A DNA stretch of 24,000 bases from Candidatus Woesearchaeota archaeon (lineage in GTDB: Archaea; Nanobdellota; Nanobdellia; Woesearchaeales; GW2011-AR15), in the NCBI GenBank assembly GCA_038874655.1, contig JAVZBY010000002.1:1-24000 (forward strand), given 5' to 3'. The notes under the pieces were generated by a model. The model did not search any database. It saw nothing but the letters and a program-made list of their open reading frames with translations, and was not told where the DNA came from. The position numbers and the translations under genes are program-made. Shown in pieces: positions 14,996 through 22,311 of the stretch. Every line of letters begins with the position of its first letter. Positions within the stretch are counted from its first letter, which is position 1.

Positions 14996-15610
14996 ATGTC
15001 ACTTTTAAAATATAATCAACTACTTAACTTTAATGATGAAAAAGATTTTCTAAAAAAAGAATTATCCTTCATAGATAAAATATTACCTTCTATAAAAAAA
15101 AATTTTATCCTTAAAATTTTAATATTTATTTTGATTTTGATTATGCTATATAAATATCATAAATTCTTTATAATAATTATTTCTATTTTGTTAATACAAT
15201 ATATAAAATTTAAAAGGACAAAACACGGAATTAATTTTGAGATAGAACCTTCTTATTTAATAGCATTAGCAATAACCTTAACATATGGTTTAGAATATGG
15301 AGTGATATTTATAATACTACCCCTAGTTTTATCTTTTTCAGGATTTAATATAGGTGTAATAGTTAATTTTTCAAATAAATTAATTTTTATAATTTCTGTT
15401 TATTTATATTGGACCTTTACAAAAAATATATTCTTTTTAACATATTTTGCCATATTTATTGTTATTTTAACTGATGTTATAGGTTTTTTTATAAGAAAGA
15501 GATTTGGACAAAATTTATTAGAAATATTACAAGTGGTTTTAACAAACTCTATAATAAGATGGATTTACTTTTCTTTTTTTCTAAATTTAATAATTAATAT
15601 AATTAAATAA
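14996..15610 (+). CDS. polytopic membrane protein, unknown function (possible paralog of 3917..4477)
   Basis: 204 aa with 5-6 hydrophobic segments and no cysteine. The basic loop KFKRTKHGINFEIE and the end VLTNSIIRWIYFSFF resemble KIRSLGIEL and VITNIIFNFLLFTIF in the other ORF. Confidence 0.5.
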   Translation: MSLLKYNQLLNFNDEKDFLKKELSFIDKILPSIKKNFILKILIFILILIMLYKYHKFFIIIISILLIQYIKFKRTKHGINFEIEPSYLIALAITLTYGLEYGVIFIILPLVLSFSGFNIGVIVNFSNKLIFIISVYLYWTFTKNIFFLTYFAIFIVILTDVIGFFIRKRFGQNLLEILQVVLTNSIIRWIYFSFFLNLIINIIK

Positions 15611-15682
15611 AAATTTAATAAAAAATAAACAAAAGAATAAATAAAAATGAAGTAGATAAAGAATGATTTTTTTAAAATATTA

Positions 15683-15712
15683 AGTAATTAAATAAAAAGT
15701 AATTAAATAAAA
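15683..15712. repeat. perfect tandem duplication, 2 x 15 bp (AGTAATTAAATAAAA)
   Basis: Copy 1 is 15683..15697 and copy 2 is 15698..15712, 4 nt downstream of the gyrB stop codon (15717..15719). Confidence 0.7.
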
Positions 15713-15716
15713 CTAT

Positions 15717-17615
15717 TTAAATATCCAAATTAACAACTTTTATTGCATTTTCTTGTATGAATTTTCTTCTTGGTTCTACTTCTTCTCCCATCAATTCTGT
15801 AAATGCTTTTTCAGCTTCAAAAGCATCTTCAATTGTTATTTTTTTCAAATATCTAGTACTAGGATCCATTGTTGTTTCCCATAATTGTTCTGGATTCATT
15901 TCACCTAATCCTTTATATCTCTGAATCACAATTCCTTGTTTTCCGTCTTTTTCCAATTCTTTTAATATCTTTTCTTTTTCAACATCATCTTTAGCATAAA
16001 CAGAGAACTTTCCTTTTTTTATTTTATACAATGGAGGTAATGCTAAATAAACATGTCCTTTTTCAATTAGCTGTCTCATATATCTAAAAAAGAAAGTTAA
16101 TAATAAAATTGCAATATGGCTTCCATCAACATCACTATCTGTCATAATAATAATTTTATGATATCTTAATTTTGAAATGTCAAATTCTTCTTCAATTCCA
16201 GTTCCTAATGCAGTAATTATATTAACAATCTCTTCATTTTTCAAAACTTTTACTAATCTTGATTTTTCAACATTTAAAACTTTACCTCTCAAAGGAAGTA
16301 TTGCCTGAAATTCTCTATTTCTTGCTTGTTTAGCACTGCCACCAGCAGAATCTCCTTCAACTAAAAATAATTCACATTTTCTTGCATCTTTTTCAGAGCA
16401 ATCAGCTAACTTTCCTGGCAAAGTTGATCCTTCTAATACATTTTTTCTTCTTACTAATTCTTTTGCTTTTCTTGCAGCTTCTCTTGCTTTAGCAGCACTT
16501 ACAACTTTCTCTATAATTACATTAACAGTTTTTGGATTTTCTTCAAAAAAAGTGCTTAATGATTCAAAAACAGCAGAATCTACAATTCCTTTAACATCAG
16601 AATTTCCTAATTTTGTTTTAGTTTGACCCTCAAACTGAGGTTCTGGAACTTTTACTGAAATAACAGCAGTTAAACCTTCTTTAATATCCTCGCTGTTTAA
16701 AGCTATTTCATCTTTATTTTTCACAATTTTCTCATAAAAATTATTTATGACTCTTGTTAAAGCAGTTTTAAAACCTGATAAATGTGTTCCACCTTCAACA
16801 GTATTTATATTATTAACAAAAGACAAAACATTTTCACTATAGCCATTATTGTATTGTAAAGCACCTTCTACAATAATATTATTTTTTGTTTTTTCAAAAA
16901 AAATGACAGGATGTAATTTTGTTTTTTCACTATTTAGATATTCAACAAAAGAAATCAAGCCACCTTCATAATGAAATTTTTCATTTTCATTTGTTCTTTC
17001 ATCAAATAATTCAATTACAATTCCTTTGTTTAAAAAAGCTAATTCCCTTAACCTTGTTGCAACAGTTTCATAATTAAATTCTGTTTCTGTGAAAATTTCA
17101 TTATCAGGAAGAAAACTAACACTAGTTCCAGTTTCATTAGTTTCACCAATTATTTGCAATTCTGTTAATGGATGACCTCTTGAATATTTTTGTTGAAAAA
17201 TTTTTCCATCTCTCTTTATTTCAATAGTCAATTCTTTTGAAAGTGCATTTACAACTGACAAACCAACACCATGCAAGCCGCCAGAAACTTTGTAAATATT
17301 TTTATCAAATTTTCCACCAGAATGTAATGTTGTTAATATCACTTCAACAGCAGGTTTATTATATTTTGGATGATTATCAACAGGAATGCCTCTACCATCA
17401 TCTATAATTGAAGCTTTTCCATCTTTATGTAAAATCACTTTAATATTTTTACAAAAACCAGCCATTGCTTCATCAATACTATTATCAACAATCTCATAAA
17501 TTAAATGATGTAAACCTCTACTTCCAGTAGAACCAATATACATGCCAGGTCTTTTTCTGATAGCTTCTAAACTAGCTAAAACAGTAATATCTTTTGCTGA
17601 ATAACTACTTGTCAT
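15717..17615 (-). CDS. gyrB: DNA gyrase subunit B
   Basis: LEAIRKRPGMYIGS, HHLIYEIVDNSIDEAMAG, GGLHGVG, EGDSAGGSAKQARNREFQAILPLRGKVLNVEK, IIMTDSDVDGSHI and the C-terminal NLDI. The SD GGGTGG lies 4 nt upstream of the ATG. Confidence 0.95.
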   Translation of the reverse strand: MTSSYSAKDITVLASLEAIRKRPGMYIGSTGSRGLHHLIYEIVDNSIDEAMAGFCKNIKVILHKDGKASIIDDGRGIPVDNHPKYNKPAVEVILTTLHSGGKFDKNIYKVSGGLHGVGLSVVNALSKELTIEIKRDGKIFQQKYSRGHPLTELQIIGETNETGTSVSFLPDNEIFTETEFNYETVATRLRELAFLNKGIVIELFDERTNENEKFHYEGGLISFVEYLNSEKTKLHPVIFFEKTKNNIIVEGALQYNNGYSENVLSFVNNINTVEGGTHLSGFKTALTRVINNFYEKIVKNKDEIALNSEDIKEGLTAVISVKVPEPQFEGQTKTKLGNSDVKGIVDSAVFESLSTFFEENPKTVNVIIEKVVSAAKAREAARKAKELVRRKNVLEGSTLPGKLADCSEKDARKCELFLVEGDSAGGSAKQARNREFQAILPLRGKVLNVEKSRLVKVLKNEEIVNIITALGTGIEEEFDISKLRYHKIIIMTDSDVDGSHIAILLLTFFFRYMRQLIEKGHVYLALPPLYKIKKGKFSVYAKDDVEKEKILKELEKDGKQGIVIQRYKGLGEMNPEQLWETTMDPSTRYLKKITIEDAFEAEKAFTELMGEEVEPRRKFIQENAIKVVNLDI

Positions 17616-17663
17616 CTAACCACCCACATATTAATATTTTAACTAAAAACTTTCATTAAAATT

Positions 17664-17684
17664 TAGAGAAAAATAATTTCTCTA
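17664..17684 (-). promoter_or_regulatory. perfect inverted repeat TAGAGAAA-N5-TTTCTCTA in the gyrB upstream region
   Basis: The 8-bp arms lie at 17664..17671 and 17677..17684, about 50-70 nt upstream of the gyrB ATG (17615). Confidence 0.2.
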
Positions 17685-17993
17685 CTAAATCTTTAAGTCA
17701 ACTCTTTTTATAGCTTTTTTATTTTTAATTTTTTCAAATTTTTAGATACTTTATCGTCTATACTTTATAATAAAATTAAATTTTTAATTACTTATAAAGA
17801 TTGCGGAATTTTTTTATAGCAATTAAACATAATGTTTAAAAATAAACCTATTTCTTAAATAAGTTATATTTAGGAAATTCAACCAATAACTTTTAAATAA
17901 ATACCAAAAACTTTTTAATAGAATATTTATTTTAATTAAAATAAATTATAACTAAAAGTAATTTAATACTTAAATTTAGGAGGGGTGGTTTTT

Positions 17994-19832
17994 TTGTCAA
18001 CAAAATCTAAACCAATAAAAAAGAGCCATACAGAATTTCATGGTGTGGCAAGAAAAAGTAATAAAAAAACATGGATGCTAATCTCAGGTATATTAGCAAT
18101 AGCATTAATAATTTCAATATTTACAAATGGCTTTTATTTCAATAATTTAAAGTTAGCAGAAAACATTTTAAAAAAAGAATCACAAAAAATAACAAATTCA
18201 GAGGCAAAATCTAAATTAAATAATGCTTTAGAATCTTTAAGTAGTGCAATTTCTTTGATTGAATCAGAAAAAAAATCTTCAACAAGTTCTACATATACAG
18301 GAAAAAAAGTCAAACTTGAATTTTACGTTATGAGTCAATGTCCTTATGGTATTCAAGTAGAAAATGCAGTAAAGCCAGTTTTAGATAAATTAGGTGATGC
18401 TGTTGATTTTAGTATTAATTTTATAGCAACAGATTTAGGCAATGGTCAATTCCAAAGTTTACATGGACAAAATGAAGTTTTAGGAAATATTGTTCAATTG
18501 TGTGCAATGAAATATGAGCCAAAAAAATACATGGATTTAATTGTTTGTATGAATAAAAACGCAGCACAAATTCCAGATAATTGGGAATCATGTGCTAGAG
18601 AGAATGGATTAAATGTAGATAAAATAAAATCTTGTTATGTAGGAGATGAAGGAAAACAATTGCATTCTGAATCAATAAAAAAATCAGAAACAGTAAAAGC
18701 AACAGGTAGTCCTACAATGTATATCAATGGTAAACAATATAATGGTGGTCGTGATACAACCTCATTTTTTAGAGCATTATGCGCAGAAATACCAGATCAT
18801 AAAGCATGTTCAGAAATTCCAAAACCAAAAGATGTTAATTTAATAATAATAAATGATAAACAGTGTGCACAATGTCAACAATATAATTCATTAGCTGACC
18901 AATTAAAAAGTTTATTCCCAGGTTTGAAAACAAAAATATTGGACTATGAAGAACAAGAAGGACAAAAACTTTATAATGAATTAAACTTGAAATTTTTGCC
19001 TGTTTTCTTGTTTGATAAATCAGTAGAAGAAGGAGAGGGTTATAGTAATGTGCAAATGTATTTAGACAAAGTAGGGGATTACTATAGTTTAAGAATAGGT
19101 GCAAATTATGACCCAAAAGCAGAAGTTTGTAATGATGGTAAAGATAACAGAGACAATGATGGTAAAGTAGATTGTCAAGATGATGAATGTAAGAACTATT
19201 GGCAATGCATGGAAAAAAAGGATAAGCCAGAAGTACAATTATTTGTAATGAGCCATTGTCCATTTGGAACACAAATGGAAAAAGGCATTTTGCCTGTTGT
19301 TGAATTATTAGGAAACAAAATTGACTTTAAAGTAAGATTTGTATATTATGCAATGCATGGTGAAGTAGAAGTTAAAGAACAAATAAGACAATATTGCATA
19401 CAAAAGGAGCAATCTGATAAATACTTAAGCTATTTAAAATGCTTCTTAGAAGCAGGAGAAACAGATAAATGTTTAACACAAGCAAACATTGATAAGACAA
19501 AATTAGACACATGTTATGAAAAAACAGATAAAGAATTTAATGTAATGGCAAACTTCAATGATAAAACAACATGGTTAAGTGGCAGATATCCTCTATTTAA
19601 CATAGATAAACAACTAAATGAAAAATATGGTGTTCAAGGAAGTCCAACATTAGTAGTTAATGATGTTGTTGTTGAAACAGCAAGAGATCCAAATAGTTTA
19701 TTAAAAACAATTTGCACTGGTTTCAAAGAACAACCAAGTGAATGTGATAAGCAATTACCAACAACAGGATTTAGTGCAGGCTTTGGCTATAATGAAGCAG
19801 ATACTAATACATTAGCAGGTTGTGGTGTCTAA
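17994..19832 (+). CDS. membrane-anchored multi-thioredoxin-fold protein (GILT/DsbA-like module, CAQC Trx-like module, Cys/Asp-rich motif, second GILT/DsbA-like module)
   Basis: Basic N-tail followed by one TM helix (MLISGILAIALIISIF). Module A: EFYVMSQCPYG ... HGQNEVLGN..QLCA ... GSPTMYING. Module B: IIINDKQCAQCQ ... FLPVFLF. Linker: CNDGKDNRDNDGKVDCQDDEC. Module C: QLFVMSHCPFG ... GSPTLVVND. I prefer the TTG at 17994, which lies 5 nt after GGAGGGGTGG; the track's GTG at 17985 sits inside that SD. Confidence 0.75.
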   Translation: MSTKSKPIKKSHTEFHGVARKSNKKTWMLISGILAIALIISIFTNGFYFNNLKLAENILKKESQKITNSEAKSKLNNALESLSSAISLIESEKKSSTSSTYTGKKVKLEFYVMSQCPYGIQVENAVKPVLDKLGDAVDFSINFIATDLGNGQFQSLHGQNEVLGNIVQLCAMKYEPKKYMDLIVCMNKNAAQIPDNWESCARENGLNVDKIKSCYVGDEGKQLHSESIKKSETVKATGSPTMYINGKQYNGGRDTTSFFRALCAEIPDHKACSEIPKPKDVNLIIINDKQCAQCQQYNSLADQLKSLFPGLKTKILDYEEQEGQKLYNELNLKFLPVFLFDKSVEEGEGYSNVQMYLDKVGDYYSLRIGANYDPKAEVCNDGKDNRDNDGKVDCQDDECKNYWQCMEKKDKPEVQLFVMSHCPFGTQMEKGILPVVELLGNKIDFKVRFVYYAMHGEVEVKEQIRQYCIQKEQSDKYLSYLKCFLEAGETDKCLTQANIDKTKLDTCYEKTDKEFNVMANFNDKTTWLSGRYPLFNIDKQLNEKYGVQGSPTLVVNDVVVETARDPNSLLKTICTGFKEQPSECDKQLPTTGFSAGFGYNEADTNTLAGCGV

Positions 19833-19868
19833 AATTTTTTTACAAAACTAAATATATGAGGAATAAAG

Positions 19869-20240
19869 ATGAAAAAAATTTATTTTTTTTTATTTTTTAT
19901 AACATTTATTCTATTTTTAAGTTCATGTTCAAAAAATAACATAGAAACAAAAAATTTAGATAATTTTGCTGAATGTATTGCAAATTCTAATGCAAAATTA
20001 TATGCAGCATTTTGGTGTCCTCATTGTAAAGAACAAAAAGAAATGTTTGGTTCTTCATGGGATAAAATAAAAGATAGAGTTTATGTTGAATGTTCAAATC
20101 CAGATAGGACACAAACAGAAATATGCAGACAACAAAACATTAGAGGTTATCCAACCTGGAAATTCTCAGATGGTTCAGAATTATTAGGAAAACAAGATTT
20201 TTACACATTAGCACAAAAAACAGGTTGTGAACTTAACTGA
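19869..20240 (+). CDS. secreted/lipobox-anchored thioredoxin-like protein (homolog of the Trx domain fused to bacterial VKOR)
   Basis: Signal peptide MKKIYFFLFFITFILFLSSC with an L-S-S-C lipobox-like site. KLYAAFWCPHCKEQKEMFG ... YVEC ... GYPTW resembles the CPHC Trx-like domain of cyanobacterial VKOR fusions. The SD GAGGA lies at 19858..19862. Confidence 0.7.
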   Translation: MKKIYFFLFFITFILFLSSCSKNNIETKNLDNFAECIANSNAKLYAAFWCPHCKEQKEMFGSSWDKIKDRVYVECSNPDRTQTEICRQQNIRGYPTWKFSDGSELLGKQDFYTLAQKTGCELN

Positions 20241-20410
20241 ATTTAGAAAATTTTATTTTATATTTATTACTTTAAGTTTATTTACTTAAAAGCGATAAGA
20301 AATCTTTATAAATAAATTCTTTTCATTTCATTAAATACAAACTAAATACATAGTATATTAAAAAAATTCATAAAAAATTTTAAAAATAACTTTTTTTAAT
20401 TGGTGAAAAC

Positions 20411-20650
20411 ATGGCTAAACTCTATAAAGTAAGAAAGAAATGTATGATATGTGGAAATGTATTTTACCCAAAATATGCTGGCTCACTTTATTGTGAGGAT
20501 TGTAAAAAAAAAAAGAAAGAAGAAGCAAAAAAACAAAAAAAATTGGAAGAAAAACAAAAAAAAGAAAAAAAATCTCCAAAAACAAAAAAACCTAAAAAAG
20601 AATTAACTAAACAAAAAATTAGTAAGAAATCAAAAACTAAAAGAAAATAG
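20411..20650 (+). CDS. zinc-ribbon protein with a poly-lysine tail
   Basis: CMICGNVFYPKYAGSLYCEDC (CxxC-x15-CxxC) is followed by about 50 aa that are mostly K/E. The SD GGTGA lies at 20402..20406. The gene contains an A11 run at 20497..20507. Confidence 0.6.
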   Translation: MAKLYKVRKKCMICGNVFYPKYAGSLYCEDCKKKKKEEAKKQKKLEEKQKKEKKSPKTKKPKKELTKQKISKKSKTKRK

Positions 20651-20787
20651 TTTTATTAGTTTTAAAATAAGCAGTTTATAAAAAAATAATCCCCCTAATT
20701 TTCAAAACCTTTTTAGTAGTTCTTATTTTTAATTTTCTATATCACAACTCCGTTTTATTTTTAAATTATGTCTCTTTCTAAGATTTA

Positions 20788-21135
20788 ATGCTAAAAGTTG
20801 AAATTTTCACAAGTCCAACATGTCCTTATTGTCCTCATGCAGTAAAATTAGCAAAAGAATTATTGAAAGAAAGGAATGATTTCAAGATTGTTGAAACAAG
20901 CACAGGAACATATGAGGGAAGAAAAAGAGCAGAAAACTTTGATGTAAGAAGTGTGCCAACTTTATTTATAACAGGCCCCGGAACACAAGAAAGAATTGGT
21001 TATGTTGGAGTGCCATCAAAAAATACATTCAATAAAATGTTAGATATTGCATTAGGCAAAGAAAAATGGCCAGAACAAGAAAAAAAAGAATCAATCTTTT
21101 CAAGACTTTTTAATAAATTAAAAAGTACAAAATAA
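20788..21135 (+). CDS. thioredoxin/glutaredoxin-like protein (archaeal CPYC small redox protein)
   Basis: KVEIFTSPTCPYCPHAVKLAKELL ... VRSVPTLFI (cis-Pro loop). There is no signal peptide. The C-terminal tail is charged. Confidence 0.8.
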   Translation: MLKVEIFTSPTCPYCPHAVKLAKELLKERNDFKIVETSTGTYEGRKRAENFDVRSVPTLFITGPGTQERIGYVGVPSKNTFNKMLDIALGKEKWPEQEKKESIFSRLFNKLKSTK

Positions 21136-21207
21136 AAATAATAGTCCCTAAAAACTTAATCAAAATAAACAAAAATTAAAAAAATCAATATAATGGAGGT
21201 AATTAAA

Positions 21208-21447
21208 ATGCCAAGAGTAAAAGTTTATACTACACCAAGTTGCCCATATTGTTATATGTTAAAAGAATATTTAAGGGCTAACAAGGTTGATTTTGAGGAT
21301 GTAGATGTTTCAAGTGATTATGAAGCAGCAATGGAAATGATAGAAAAATCAGGCCAAAGAGGTGTTCCAGTAGCAGATATTGATGGCCATATTGTAGTTG
21401 GGTTTGATCAACCAAGAATTGCAAGATTATTAAATTTAAGAAGGTAA
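21208..21447 (+). CDS. glutaredoxin-like protein (NrdH/YruB-like)
   Basis: VKVYTTPSCPYCYMLKEYLRANKVDFEDVDV ... GQRGVPVADIDGHIVVGF. I prefer the ATG at 21208 because the track's upstream ATGGAGGT (21193) supplies the SD GGAGGT 7 nt before it. Confidence 0.8.
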   Translation: MPRVKVYTTPSCPYCYMLKEYLRANKVDFEDVDVSSDYEAAMEMIEKSGQRGVPVADIDGHIVVGFDQPRIARLLNLRR

Positions 21448-21547
21448 TTTATAACATAATTTATTGTAAATTTCCCCTTTTAATTTTTTATTTTTTATAG
21501 ATATTTATTTAGTTAATTTATTAAAGATTTTCTTTTTTTCATTTTTT

Positions 21548-22288
21548 ATGCTTAAAAATACATTTTTGCATATTCCCTATGTTAATGAAAAAACAGAATT
21601 TTTTCTATGGCAAAATGGTTTTTTAGACTGGGAATCTTGCTTAAATTGTAATAAAAAAATAATCTCACAAATGGATTTATTAAAAAAATTTATTTTATTA
21701 TCCATAAAAAATTATCAAAATCATGAGTTTTTTTCACAAAGATTAGAAGCTAAACATCATTGGCGAGCTTATCCTGATTTTAAAGAAAAAGCTTGTTTTC
21801 TAGATATAGAAACAACAGGGTTGGATAAAAAAAAAGACGATATTACTTTAATTGGAATTTATGAACCAATAACCCAAAAAGCAAAATTCTTTATCTTAGG
21901 AAAAAACATGCATTTATTTGAAAATGAAATAAAAAAATATTCCTATCTAATTACCTTTAATGGATTTTTATTTGATTTGCCATTTATTAGAGAAAAATTT
22001 AATATTGAATTAAATCAATTACATTCAGATTTAAGATTTTTATTATGTAAATTAGGATATACAGGTGGCTTAAAAAAAATAGAAAATGATTTGGGATTAA
22101 TTAGAAATACAAATGTAAAAGATGGTTTAGAAGCAATTAAATTGTGGAATTATTACAAGAAATATAATGATGAAATATCTTTACATAAATTAATTGACTA
22201 TAATTACGAAGACATAAAAAATTTGCATTTTTTAATGGAATTTGCTTATGAAAATTTAAAAAAACAAATATTTGAAAGAATAAACTAA
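21548..22288 (+). CDS. RNase-H-fold 3'-5' exonuclease-like protein (YprB/COG3359-type)
   Basis: CFLDIETTGL (Exo I-like), ITFNGFLFDLPFI (Exo II-like) and IDYNYEDIKNL (Exo III-like). The N-terminal FLHIPYVNEKTEFFLWQNGFLDW is typical of this family's leader segment. Confidence 0.7.
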   Translation: MLKNTFLHIPYVNEKTEFFLWQNGFLDWESCLNCNKKIISQMDLLKKFILLSIKNYQNHEFFSQRLEAKHHWRAYPDFKEKACFLDIETTGLDKKKDDITLIGIYEPITQKAKFFILGKNMHLFENEIKKYSYLITFNGFLFDLPFIREKFNIELNQLHSDLRFLLCKLGYTGGLKKIENDLGLIRNTNVKDGLEAIKLWNYYKKYNDEISLHKLIDYNYEDIKNLHFLMEFAYENLKKQIFERIN

Positions 22289-22311
22289 TACATATAAAAG
22301 AAGATGAATTC

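Noticed and set aside
17985-17993. N-terminal extensions implied by the track's first possible start codons. These are GTG 17985, TTG 10503, TTG 23790, ATG 21193 and ATG 5753.
   Set aside because: In each case a downstream start has a correctly spaced SD or is the first ATG (17994, 10521, 23775, 21208, 5720). The upstream codon lies inside the SD itself or inside the preceding gene. The calls remain unverified.
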